Shown in pieces: positions 38,536 through 48,282 of a stretch of 52,995 bases of DNA (the stretch's first letter is position 1; every line of letters begins with the position of its first letter). Under the pieces are notes generated by a model. The model saw only the letters and a list, made by a program, of their open reading frames with translations. It ran no database searches and was not told the DNA's origin. Source of the DNA: Thermoproteati archaeon (GTDB lineage Archaea; Thermoproteota; Thermoprotei_A; Marsarchaeales; UBA168); the NCBI GenBank assembly GCA_023256375.1, contig JAGDXE010000021.1, forward strand, positions 1 through 52,995, written 5' to 3'. Made by a program: the position numbers and the translations under genes.

Positions 38536-39426
38536 ATGAGAGCCGAATTTGTTGCAAAGTTAGTTGGACTATTCTTCATGTTGGGGGCTTTGCTTTTCGT
38601 AATTGGGTACGCAGTCGGCGTCTTTATACTGGGTGCCTCTCCTATAGCGGCGATTACTGGGGCTCTTTTCTTCTCGCTTCTAATAAATTTCATAAGTTAT
38701 TATTTCAGTAGTAGCATGGTCCTCAGGGCTTCTAGAGCAAAGATTGTTTCCGAAAGCGAAGCTCCTAGGGTACATAGAATTGTAGCTTCTTTGGCCGAAA
38801 GGGCTGGTATACCTAAACCTAAAGTTGCGATAGTTGACTCTCCTCAGCCAAATGCCTTCGCAACCGGAAGAAATGAAAATAATGCTGTGATAGCAGTAAC
38901 GACTGGTTTGCTGGCGACAATGAATGATAACGAACTTGAGGGGGTCCTCGGCCACGAGACTGGGCATATAATACATCACGATATTTTGATTGCAACTTTG
39001 GCCGCGTCGATAGCTACGGCTATTTCATACCTGGGCTACATGGTTGAGTTTGCCTTACTTTTCGGCGGACTGGGTGGAGGCAGAAGAGAGGGCGAGGCTT
39101 TTGGCCTCCTAGGCGCAACTCTGATGGCCCCAATAGCTGCTATGTTTATACAGCTGGCTATTTCTAGAAGCAGGGAATATTATGCCGATGAAGCGAGCGC
39201 TAAGTTAACTGGTAGGCCAGATTACTTAATAAGCGCTTTAACGAAAATTGAGGGCTACATAAGGGCTGGCGCGCCGATGAAGGCTAATCCATCGACTTCT
39301 TCCCTTTGGATAGCTAGTCCTTTCCGCGGGGGGATGAATGGGCTATTATCCACGCACCCATCTACGCCTGACAGAATTGCCAGATTGAAGAAAATATCTC
39401 GGGAAATGGGCTTTTATATCGAGTGA
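38536..39426 (+). CDS. htpX: Zinc metalloprotease HtpX (M48)
   Basis: PNAFATG, HETGH, SRSREYYAD, STHP. Confidence 0.95.
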   Translation: MRAEFVAKLVGLFFMLGALLFVIGYAVGVFILGASPIAAITGALFFSLLINFISYYFSSSMVLRASRAKIVSESEAPRVHRIVASLAERAGIPKPKVAIVDSPQPNAFATGRNENNAVIAVTTGLLATMNDNELEGVLGHETGHIIHHDILIATLAASIATAISYLGYMVEFALLFGGLGGGRREGEAFGLLGATLMAPIAAMFIQLAISRSREYYADEASAKLTGRPDYLISALTKIEGYIRAGAPMKANPSTSSLWIASPFRGGMNGLLSTHPSTPDRIARLKKISREMGFYIE

Positions 39427-39447
39427 TGGTATGGAGCCTTGAAGGGA

Positions 39448-39984
39448 TTAAATCTTTACAAGGCTTTCTGAAGCGTTTACGGACCTTTGGATCGAAAATA
39501 TCGGTTCCTTTATTACCGAAATACCCGTATATTCACCCAATACTTCTATTAATATCACGCAGTTGGGGTTCTTCAAGTTTACGGGTATGCTCAATAAAGA
39601 GGCTAAGGAATCGATTAAATTCTTCGAATCTAGATTTGAATCCCTTTTAATTATAGTTATTCTGAAACTGTTGCAGCTCTTTAAGTTTGGGAGCAAATCT
39701 GCAATAGCTAGGCCTATAGTATTAGTATCGCTGTTACATACCTTGCTAATGGGTACCATTTTGGTTACGTACCTAAAATCCCATGGGTTATTTAATGCAT
39801 CTTCTCTAGCTTTTTTTATGACTAAGAATGGGTCTAAACTTGTCTTTCCAGTCAGCAGCCCCGAAAAACGAGTTTTTAAAATCGCGACTTCTTTGTCTCC
39901 TAAATTTGATATAAAATAAGTAGCCTCAGATTTTGCTTTTGGTTCTTTTCCCCTCGGGCAAGATATTAAAAGATTAAAATCCAT
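39448..39984 (-). CDS. THUMP-domain protein (Tan1-like)
   Basis: FNLLISCPRGKE N-terminus; SFRITI.KR, VNLKNP...I.IEVLG..TGISV. Confidence 0.85.
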   Translation of the reverse strand: MDFNLLISCPRGKEPKAKSEATYFISNLGDKEVAILKTRFSGLLTGKTSLDPFLVIKKAREDALNNPWDFRYVTKMVPISKVCNSDTNTIGLAIADLLPNLKSCNSFRITIIKRDSNLDSKNLIDSLASLLSIPVNLKNPNCVILIEVLGEYTGISVIKEPIFSIQRSVNASESLVKI

Positions 39985-40253
39985 AGTTAATATGAACCCA
40001 TCCGTAAATAAATATTATTTTTTTAAAGTTAATGCGTATTTTTTGATGGCCAAGGAATTAGTGACGGGAATCAAATTCCTTCTTGGATGAAATAGATTGC
40101 CTCCATCTATTTATACGGGAATCGTCGCGGTCAGGCCCTCCACCTCAAAGCTTGACTCCGCGGTTCACGAATCCTAGGAGAAGAACAGTACTTGCAGGTG
40201 GATATATCGTTGGATATGCGTGAAGCATATAAAGGGATGCGTAAAAATCATAT

Positions 40254-40328
40254 GGGCCCGTAGCTCAGCATGGTTAGAGCGCCGGACTCATAATCCGGTG
40301 GCCCGGAGTTCAAGTCTCCGCGGGCCCA
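40254..40328 (+). tRNA. tRNA with CAU anticodon, most likely tRNA-Ile2 (agmatidine type); no intron, CCA not encoded
   Basis: Cloverleaf: acceptor GGGCCCG/CGGGCCC, anticodon arm CCGGA-CTCATAA-TCCGG, T arm CGGAG-TTCAAGT-CTCCG. A GGGCCC 5' end is typical of archaeal Ile tRNAs. Confidence 0.93.
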
Positions 40329-40637
40329 CATTACGGTAAGATGCTGCGGGTGATGAACACGAGCGCGCCGAGGGGAAGGGACGAATTTTCCAAAAGTTGC
40401 TTTGTAGCTGCGCGGTAGTGGTCCTCACTTTATGGCCTTATCTCCGGTATTTTGAAGACCAGTATAAGTTTGGTGCCTCAGTCTGCGCCGACAGAAGCAA
40501 TAAATTCGTGTAAATCATTGCAGATTAAGAAGTTTAAACTTCAATATATTAGCAATTCTCCTTAGTATCATTTACGCTTGCGCCTGCCCTGAGCCGATAA
40601 AATAATAAGTAGTAAAATCTTATTAAATCGGGTTAAA

Positions 40638-41990
40638 TTGTCAAGCGATGCAGAAGAAGAGTTGCTTGCTTTGGCCACTACCAAGCCTGGGTCAGAAGAA
40701 CGGGCACTTAAGGAGCTAGAAGATTTATTTCTTCGTTTTAACGTTAAGGTTAGGATCGTCAAAAGCGGCGTAGGTGGGAATATCTTAATTTATGGGTCCG
40801 TACCCAAAGGGTACTTAGCGGCTATCCTGAGTAGGTCAAGGCTGGCTTACTCTAATAGGGTTATGGTTTTTAGCGCCGTTACTAGGACGCAAATCGATGA
40901 TATAGTTTTAGCATCGGTTAACCTCGTTAAAACGGTTGCTGCCAAAAAGAAAATTAGTACATTCAGGGTAAAAGCTCGGTGTCGTGGTAGTCAAATTTCT
41001 GCGCACGAAATCGAGATTCTGGTTGGGCAAAATATCAAAGAGCGGTTAGGACTTGCCGTTAACTTATCATCACCTGCGTTGGTAATCTATATCGAGGTTA
41101 TAGGCGAGGTAACTGGGATTGCGGTCTCACGATACCCTTATTTTTTTGCGTCTGGAATCGTATTTATGGAAAGGGCTTTCGAGGAAAAAATTCAAGATTT
41201 AATTCAGTGGTTTGCTCCGTTCAGATTTGCTGTGGTAGCTTTTTCGGGTGGAGTTGACAGTAGCGTAGTCGCGTTTGCCGCTCGCTCAGCAAAAATGGAC
41301 AAGGCCTTAGCGGTTACTTTCGACTCCCCACTACTTCCACCTGGAGAATTAGATAACGCGGTTTCTTTAGCCAAGATCATAGGAATTAAACATGAAGTGA
41401 TTAAAACCGAATTACCTCCGTCAGTTTTAGAAAATAGCAGCTTGCGTTGTTATTATTGCAAAAAAGGCGAGATGGGCGAGCTGTTAGCTATCGCGAAAAA
41501 AAGGGGTTATGATTTAGTAGTGGATGGCACGAATTACTCTGATTTGGGCGGTGCGTGGAGGCCTGGAGCCAGAGCCTTATCAGAGATTGGCGTAAGAAGC
41601 CCGCTGGCCGAACTTAAAATAACCAAACCCGAAGTTAGGGCCATAGCTAGATCGTTAGGGTTACCGAATGCCGAAAAGCCGTCTATGGCTTGCTTAGCTT
41701 CGCGTTTTCCGTATGGAACTCAAATAACTCTAGAGGGGTTGAAAAGGGTCGGTATGGCTGAGCTCTTCTTAAAGGAGCTAGGTTTTCGCGTAATTAGGGT
41801 TAGAGACTTTGGGAGTATAGCTAGGATTGAAGTCGGCGAAGACGAATTGGGTAAACTAGTTGAAAAACGTACTGCTAAGATTGTTTATGAAAAGTTCAGG
41901 CAACTGGGCTATTTATACGTGGATGCCGATATATTAGGCTATAGAAGTGGGTCTATGGACGAGGGCCTAAAGGTTCAATTAAACCAATGA
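40638..41990 (+). CDS. In-frame THUMP domain + LarE-family PP-loop sulfur insertase
   Basis: N-terminal ~170 aa THUMP (TFRVKARCRG, VNLSSP...IEVIG..TGI). From M at 41166: AFSGGVDS, CYYCK, DGTN.SD, RPG, CLASRFPYG. Confidence 0.85.
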   Translation: MSSDAEEELLALATTKPGSEERALKELEDLFLRFNVKVRIVKSGVGGNILIYGSVPKGYLAAILSRSRLAYSNRVMVFSAVTRTQIDDIVLASVNLVKTVAAKKKISTFRVKARCRGSQISAHEIEILVGQNIKERLGLAVNLSSPALVIYIEVIGEVTGIAVSRYPYFFASGIVFMERAFEEKIQDLIQWFAPFRFAVVAFSGGVDSSVVAFAARSAKMDKALAVTFDSPLLPPGELDNAVSLAKIIGIKHEVIKTELPPSVLENSSLRCYYCKKGEMGELLAIAKKRGYDLVVDGTNYSDLGGAWRPGARALSEIGVRSPLAELKITKPEVRAIARSLGLPNAEKPSMACLASRFPYGTQITLEGLKRVGMAELFLKELGFRVIRVRDFGSIARIEVGEDELGKLVEKRTAKIVYEKFRQLGYLYVDADILGYRSGSMDEGLKVQLNQ

Positions 41991-42158
41991 ATTATCCTAC
42001 TTTGCGGTTTTGGATTTCTGTATAGAGAGTTAAGTAACTTAAGACGGGCAGCCTCCTTTAGTTCAAAAGCATCCAAGTCTGTCCTTTGGTCTGTATTGCT
42101 TAAAAAGTGCGTAGTGGGTCTGCGAATAAAATGCTCGGTTATTACGCGCTTCAAGGCC

Positions 42159-43247
42159 TTAATTACTAGCCAGTTTTCTAAGCATCCAGTTTTTATCGTT
42201 AGCGTCAAGCCTTGCTTGTTTAGCCAGATCTTCAAGCTCTTTTATTGCTTGATCATAGGTCGCCTTATCCACTGGATAGGGAACCCCGTCCTTTCCTCCT
42301 ACCGCAAATGAATATTTTATGGGGTCTCTCCAGCTCAGCTTTTCACCGTAGATTAGGCTGGCAAAAAGCGCCAGCGCCCTTATTATCGAAGGCCCTACGC
42401 CTTTTTTTAGCAAGAGCTCATCATATGTCGATGGAGGGTTTTCGTAGAGCGCTTTAACGGTCTTCCAGTCCACTTTACTTGGAAAGGTATACTCAATAGA
42501 TCCTTTAATTGTGGGTAATTTATTATCAGAAAAAGAGTCTAGTGTTGTCCTTTTAGCGGATTCGCAAACTGCCATTATTTTGCTTGGCCGCTCTCTTGCT
42601 GCATCTAATGAGGCCTTACGGGCCCGCTCGGCCTCTTTATCAACCATATTCAGTATTCCTTGCCTCTTTATTCCTATGATATATTCGGGGGGCGAATCGA
42701 CGAAGTTTTGCGTCTGCGCCCAGTGATATCTCCTAGCTGTGCGGTCGACTTCGTTCATGCCCTGTTGCACTATAACCCAATTATCTCTTTCATCTAGAAA
42801 AATAGCGTGGTGATACAATTGGTACCCGCTCTGAACGGCGGCAGTGTCGATTTTTGCCGTTATCTTGCTCGCCCTTTGTAGAGCTTTTGCCTCATGGTCG
42901 TGAATGATTCCGGCTTCGGACATTACCTCTAACTCTTTAGGGACTAGTGTCATAAATTTTCCTTTTCCGCCGATTACCGTAACGCCGTGCTCGTCCATGG
43001 ACAATACGTCTCTGAGCACTCCGGTTAAAACGGTGGTAACGCCTGAACTGTGCCAATCGTATCCCATGCTAGTTCCAAAGGCTTGAAACCACAAAGGATC
43101 GGAAATTCTCTGTAAGAATGTTGCTGTGCCGTATTCATTAATTATTAGATTAGTTATAGCGGATGCCATCCTTTTCATTCTTTTTATTAGGTATTCCGGG
43201 GCTTTTCCTTCGTGAAGTGGAAGTACGGCAATTCCAGAGTTATACAC
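42159..43247 (-). CDS. DUF763 family protein
   Basis: LPLH.G.AP, SDP.WFQAFG, DWHSSGVTT, AKIDTAAVQ.GY.LYHH, GGKDGVPYPV. Start set at GTG 43247, after a TATA-like box. Confidence 0.88.
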   Translation of the reverse strand: MYNSGIAVLPLHEGKAPEYLIKRMKRMASAITNLIINEYGTATFLQRISDPLWFQAFGTSMGYDWHSSGVTTVLTGVLRDVLSMDEHGVTVIGGKGKFMTLVPKELEVMSEAGIIHDHEAKALQRASKITAKIDTAAVQSGYQLYHHAIFLDERDNWVIVQQGMNEVDRTARRYHWAQTQNFVDSPPEYIIGIKRQGILNMVDKEAERARKASLDAARERPSKIMAVCESAKRTTLDSFSDNKLPTIKGSIEYTFPSKVDWKTVKALYENPPSTYDELLLKKGVGPSIIRALALFASLIYGEKLSWRDPIKYSFAVGGKDGVPYPVDKATYDQAIKELEDLAKQARLDANDKNWMLRKLASN

Positions 43248-43376
43248 GATATAGTGATGGGTTCCGGTAAAAAGGTCACCGATGACTTGGCCGATAAATA
43301 TAGAGGCTTCAGCGCAGCCCATACGTCGCATGATCACGATTTGGGCTTCCTAACGTAGCTTAAATTAAGCCAATTT

Positions 43377-44375
43377 TTACTGAATTTTTTCGAAGATCAG
43401 GTCATCATCTTGGCTCTCGCTACCACCCGGAGATACTAGATCTATTAGGTCATAGCTTCTCTCCAAAATTTGAATTAAGGCCGCCTTAAAGTTAAGCAAT
43501 GAAACCAGGTCGCATTTGTTTGAATTAACTGGGAAGTCTATTAATTTTACTAGTTTACCTTTTGTTTCCAGTAGCACGGGGACTTTGGAGAAATCGTGAT
43601 TTAAAATCGCCTCCAGTGCCTGCTCTTGAAGAGATATTAATTCATAAGAAAACTGGTTAACAGTAGCCTGAATTTCTGCGTCGAATAACGGCTTTTCAAC
43701 CGCCATAATGGATATCTTTACTGCATAATCGGCAAGATTCTCAAGAATTTCTGAGGCCTCCCTTATGTCTAGCGCCCTAATAGGGTTCAAGCCGAGCTTT
43801 TCGCCTGCGTACGGATTACTAATGGCGGTTCTCGATAAACGCACCAACAAGAAATATAGGCGGTCAACTTCATCATCCCTTTCCTCGACTTCTTTTGCAC
43901 CGTCGCGATCTCCTTTTAAATAAGAATTTATTGCCTCTCTCTCCATTCCAGTAGCGATATAAAGCTCCTTCTTTATGTACTTCTCTGTTGAACCCTGCCC
44001 GGCCTCCATGAGTGTACCTATTATTATTTTATTCTCTTTTTCATCGATTACTTCAAAACCAGCGAGTTTTTTTATGGCATCTTTGATTTCATCTTTTTGT
44101 TTTTTGTTAAATAGACCATCGCCGATGATTTCCAAAGTATCTACACCCATTAAGTAGCTCCAAGTAATGTACCTGTCTATGTACGGCGCGTACTTTATTT
44201 TGGCAGAAATCTCCCTTCCCTTGTTGTAGGGCGGCCGAATAGTAAGCGATCCATCTGGTTGCTCCATTACTAGGAGAGTATCTTCTTTGCTGATCGCGTA
44301 AGAAGCTGCCCACTCTTTAGGTAACGAGATCAGAAAAGTTCCTTTCCTAGTTTTTTGCACCTTCCTATAAGACAT
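43377..44375 (-). CDS. phoU: AbrB-PhoU phosphate uptake regulator
   Basis: RKVQ.T..T.LISLPKEW AbrB domain; DDEVDRLYFL and LE..ADY PhoU motifs. Confidence 0.9.
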   Translation of the reverse strand: MSYRKVQKTRKGTFLISLPKEWAASYAISKEDTLLVMEQPDGSLTIRPPYNKGREISAKIKYAPYIDRYITWSYLMGVDTLEIIGDGLFNKKQKDEIKDAIKKLAGFEVIDEKENKIIIGTLMEAGQGSTEKYIKKELYIATGMEREAINSYLKGDRDGAKEVEERDDEVDRLYFLLVRLSRTAISNPYAGEKLGLNPIRALDIREASEILENLADYAVKISIMAVEKPLFDAEIQATVNQFSYELISLQEQALEAILNHDFSKVPVLLETKGKLVKLIDFPVNSNKCDLVSLLNFKAALIQILERSYDLIDLVSPGGSESQDDDLIFEKIQ

Positions 44376-44493
44376 ACAATATATTGCCTAGCGGATAAAA
44401 ACGTGGCGTCCTTTTCTGGAGGCTAAATGCTAAGAGTCGCGTTCACGGCTTACCAGCTAAGCATGGCAGCCTGCTTTGTTCCTTTTAGTAGTT

Positions 44494-45123
44494 TTATTCG
44501 TATTTTCCTAATAACGGGACGAAAATACATGACGTCATGCTGTTAACTAGAAGTTTTGAGTTAACCTTTCTGACTAGAAGTAATTCCTGGACGCCTTCGC
44601 CTACGGGAATTATAATTTTTCCGCCCTCTTTTAGATGATCCAAAAGAGCCTCAGGAATTTCGCGGGCTGCCGCTGAGACCACAATAGTATCGGGCATTAA
44701 CTTAGAGTTAGGGCCCCTCGATCCATCGCCTACGACTACGTTTACCCTATCAGAGAGCGCTAATTCTTGAAAATTTTTATTCGCGCGTAAAGCTAATTCA
44801 AAAAATATTTCTGTGGTAATTATAAATCCATCTGGTTGCGACAAGGCGCATACCGATGATAGATACCCAGTACCCGTTCCTACTTCAAATAGAAAGGAAA
44901 ACGGGAGTGACGCTTCGCACATTAATGCGATAATAGAAGGAGCAGATGTTGTTTGGCCGTTAGCCGTAGGGAGAGGGACGTCTTCGTAAGCGCTGTCCCA
45001 GTATGGCTTTTGTACGAATATGTGCCTTGGAACCGTTCTTAGCGCCCGCTCTAAGTTTTTTGACCGTACATATCCTTGATTTATTAAACGGTCAACCATT
45101 AGATTCCTTTCTTTTTCATACAT
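44494..45123 (-). CDS. pcm: Protein-L-isoaspartate O-methyltransferase
   Basis: VPRHIFV, AYEDVPL, QTTSAP, EVGTGTGY, LKEGGKIIIPVG, FVPLLG. Start set at ATG 45123. Confidence 0.93.
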   Translation of the reverse strand: MYEKERNLMVDRLINQGYVRSKNLERALRTVPRHIFVQKPYWDSAYEDVPLPTANGQTTSAPSIIALMCEASLPFSFLFEVGTGTGYLSSVCALSQPDGFIITTEIFFELALRANKNFQELALSDRVNVVVGDGSRGPNSKLMPDTIVVSAAAREIPEALLDHLKEGGKIIIPVGEGVQELLLVRKVNSKLLVNSMTSCIFVPLLGKYE

Positions 45124-45658
45124 AATTAGTAGTGCGCTTCCATAGATAAGCAGGGCGTCCCTCGTCGCGAGGGTAAAGGTCGCCAATTCATAGGACGCTA
45201 GGACCTGAGGGAATAAATCGTAGCCTTAGTAGTATACGCGGGGTTTGCCTTGACTTGCTGCATAACTCCAAAATAGCTTTAATTTACTAATTTTTATGGT
45301 ACACGCGGCTTTCGTGAAATATTTTGAGTTATTTAGGTTTCCTGGTGTAAACTTCGCGGCGATCAGAAATTTTTCCTTGCTCGTCAGGAGATATTCAACG
45401 ACCCGTCCGCAATAAGCTCGTGGATCTTCGTAATCGAAGTGGGGACGGATACGCTAAAAATTCTACGCGGAGTCGCTTTGACTGCGCGGAATGTCCGCAC
45501 GGGTAGGTCTCGACCGTTGAAATAAGAGGAGCAGCTTCGGCTGAAGAGTAGCTCAACGAGAGAAGAAGTACCCATAAGAATCCGTCGATAGAAGGCGATC
45601 GAAAGATTACGTTGGCGGATTGCTAATAGCTTAATAGGCTGTGGATATCTAGCTCATA

Positions 45659-45955
45659 ATGATGGTAGCCTTCATGGGATCGGAGGATATGGCTCTAGCT
45701 TTTCGCGTAACAGGGGCAGAGGCCTTCATGCCGTCGAATCGCGAAGATGCCATTAGTACTCTCCATGACGCGGTTTGGTCATCTAAGTACTCTTTTATTA
45801 TTATCGGCGATCCTTGGTCAACACAAATTAACGAGGAAATAAGGGAATTAATGCAAGAGTCCCCTATACCAATAGTCGTCCTCGAAAAGAATTCTGTAGA
45901 TACTTCTGTATTTTTGTCCTCTTTATCGCAAATAGTGGGGAGGAGAATTGTCTGA
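45659..45955 (+). CDS. atpF: A/V-type ATP synthase subunit F
   Basis: VAFMGSED...FRVTG, P.VV, ..IVG; first gene of the operon. Confidence 0.85.
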   Translation: MMVAFMGSEDMALAFRVTGAEAFMPSNREDAISTLHDAVWSSKYSFIIIGDPWSTQINEEIRELMQESPIPIVVLEKNSVDTSVFLSSLSQIVGRRIV

Positions 45956-46544
45956 AAGCGTTGGAAGTTTTGACGCCCTTTATAAAAAGATAATTCAAGA
46001 CGCCGTATCGCAATACGAGAAAACTATAGACGACTCTGTGTTAGATGCTAAAAACTTATTAAATAAAGTATATAACGAGTTGACCGAAAAGTTTCGCGAT
46101 AAGACGAAGGAAGTTGATGCGTTAGCTGCGTCAACTGGGACGATTATATTGTCGCGTGCCTTGCTACAGGCAAGGGAACAGGTACTGAAGGCTAGGCAGG
46201 AAATCCGCGATGAACTTAAGCTAGAGTTAAATCAATCCCTTATTGAATTGGCGTCATCTAAAGAATATGATGGACTGCTTTCTGAATTACTTAAGGAGGG
46301 GGCACTCATGCTCGGCTTGAGCGAAGTAAAGGTTTATGCTAGAGAAAAAGATATCGAGATTCTAAGAAAGGCCGCTGAAAGTCAAGGTCTAAAGGTCAAT
46401 TTTTATAAAATTGATTGCTACGGAGGCTTAATAATTGCCAATATGGATGACTCAATCAAAATTGATAGTACGCTTGAGGCATTATCTCAGCGCTCGCTTG
46501 AGATAAATAAAGATAAAATAGAAAGACTACTTTTTGGTGAGTGA
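45948..46544 (+). CDS. atpE: A/V-type ATP synthase subunit E
   Basis: Helical N-terminus; IDCYGGLII...I.IDSTLE. Confidence 0.9.
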   Translation: MSESVGSFDALYKKIIQDAVSQYEKTIDDSVLDAKNLLNKVYNELTEKFRDKTKEVDALAASTGTIILSRALLQAREQVLKARQEIRDELKLELNQSLIELASSKEYDGLLSELLKEGALMLGLSEVKVYAREKDIEILRKAAESQGLKVNFYKIDCYGGLIIANMDDSIKIDSTLEALSQRSLEINKDKIERLLFGE

Positions 46545-48282
46545 TATGCGCATATATAGAGTTAGTGGGTCTGTTGTCGAAGCTGAAGATGCTCGCGGCG
46601 TCGAAATGCATGAAATAGTGCTAGTCGGGAGCGAACAACTCGTAGGGGAAGTGATAAGGATTAATGAAGATCACGCTTTCATTCAGGTTTATGAAGATAC
46701 GTACGGGCTACGCCCCGGGGAAAACATAACTCCGACCGGTCATCCATTATCACTTGAATTGGGCCCTGGTTTACTGGGTACAATATACGATGGCGTACAG
46801 CGCCCTTTGACGGTCCTTAATGAAAAGGAAGGGGAATTAATAAGGAGAGGCGTCAGCGCTAGCCCGTTGGATAGAAATAAAAAATGGCATTTTATACCGC
46901 TTTTAAAAACAGGTCAGGATATAAAAGGCGGAGAAGTACTCGGGACAGTGCCCGAGACAGATATTATAAGTCACCGCGTGCTTATAGCTCCAGATACTAA
47001 AGGCAAGCTGAGTTGGGTTGCTGACGAAGGCGAGTACGCCTTAGAAGAGGCCGTAGCTAAAATTAATGGAGAGAAGCCGATCTATATGTATCACACTTGG
47101 CCCGTGAGGGAGCCTAGGCCATACGCTCAACGGCTTGAAGCTGACCAGCCGCTTATAACTGGTCAAAGGGTTATTGATGCCCTTTTCCCAATGGCAAAGG
47201 GAGGTTCTGCTATAATCCCAGGTGGTTTTGGGACTGGTAAGACGGTAGTTCAACATCAATTGGCCAAGTGGGCAGATGCCGATGTAGTAGTTTACGTTGG
47301 ATGCGGGGAAAGAGGCAATGAAATGACCGAGGTGTTAAGAGATTTCCCAAAATTGAAAGATCCTAGGAGCGGTAAACCACTTATGATGAGGACTGTGCTT
47401 ATTGCAAATACAAGTAATATGCCCGTTGCAGCAAGAGAAGCCAGTATCTACACGGGGATAACGATAGCCGAATACTTCAGGGATATGGGATACAGCGTCG
47501 CGTTGATGGCCGACTCTACGTCGCGTTGGGCAGAAGCGCTGAGGGAAATCTCTGGGAGACTTGAAGAGATGCCAGGAGAAGAGGGGTATCCGCCTTATTT
47601 GGCAAGTAGACTCGCCGAATTTTACGAGAGGGCAGGACGCGTTAAAACTCTTTCCGGCTCAGAGGGATCAGTTACAGTTGTAGGAGCAGTTTCCCCTATG
47701 GGAGGAGACTTTTCTGAGCCTGTAACCCAGAATAGTTTAAGGTTTGTGCAAGTTTTTTGGGGACTGGATAAGGACTTAGCCGACAGACGGCACTTTCCGT
47801 CAATAAATTGGATAACGAGTTATTCTCAATACATACATATGGTTGAGAATTGGTGGGTGAATAACGTGGCAAAAGATTGGCCAGCCTTAGTCAAGGAGAC
47901 CTTCAGGCTATTGCAGGCAGAAAACGAGTTAGAAAGTTTGGTTAGATTAGTGGGGATCGACGCCCTGCCAGAGGATCAAAAATTGATGCTTTTGATTGCT
48001 AGGATGATAAGAGAGGGGTTCCTGCAACAGAACGCGTTTAATGATATTGATACTTATTCTTCGCCCAAGAAACAGTACCTTCTCTTGAAGGCTATGATTG
48101 ATTTTTATAATTCTTCAAAAGAGGTCATAGAGAAGAAAATACCCGAGGCAAAAATTGAGGACTTACCAATAATTGGGGAGATAAACAGGGCTCGGTTTAC
48201 GTACTCAGATGAAGCGCAGCTGGAAGATTTGGTGAAGAGGGCCGCATCCGCCCCTAAATCGATCTTGGGTGAAATTGATTGA
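46534..48282 (+). CDS. atpA: A/V-type ATP synthase subunit A
   Basis: [28 protein letters not shown]; no intein. Confidence 0.98.
   Translation: MVSDMRIYRVSGSVVEAEDARGVEMHEIVLVGSEQLVGEVIRINEDHAFIQVYEDTYGLRPGENITPTGHPLSLELGPGLLGTIYDGVQRPLTVLNEKEGELIRRGVSASPLDRNKKWHFIPLLKTGQDIKGGEVLGTVPETDIISHRVLIAPDTKGKLSWVADEGEYALEEAVAKINGEKPIYMYHTWPVREPRPYAQRLEADQPLITGQRVIDALFPMAKGGSAIIPGGFGTGKTVVQHQLAKWADADVVVYVGCGERGNEMTEVLRDFPKLKDPRSGKPLMMRTVLIANTSNMPVAAREASIYTGITIAEYFRDMGYSVALMADSTSRWAEALREISGRLEEMPGEEGYPPYLASRLAEFYERAGRVKTLSGSEGSVTVVGAVSPMGGDFSEPVTQNSLRFVQVFWGLDKDLADRRHFPSINWITSYSQYIHMVENWWVNNVAKDWPALVKETFRLLQAENELESLVRLVGIDALPEDQKLMLLIARMIREGFLQQNAFNDIDTYSSPKKQYLLLKAMIDFYNSSKEVIEKKIPEAKIEDLPIIGEINRARFTYSDEAQLEDLVKRAASAPKSILGEID

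Noticed and set aside
40254-40328. Calling the CAU tRNA initiator Met
   Set aside because: It lacks the A1-U72 pair and the three consecutive G-C anticodon-stem pairs; the acceptor stem fits Ile2 better.
40350-40405. Box C/D sRNA candidate after the tRNA (GTGATGA...CCGA)
   Set aside because: No terminal CUGA box D at the right spacing and no convincing guide complementarity.
43245-43258. Partial match (ATCACTATAT) to the hsp20 operator at the DUF763 start
   Set aside because: Spacing differs and the second half-site is poor; probably chance.
43248-43337. Possible in-frame intron or N-terminal extension in DUF763 (MRRMG...GIAVLPLH)
   Set aside because: No BHB pairing found; a TATA-like box about 25 nt before GTG 43247 explains it as an over-extended ORF.
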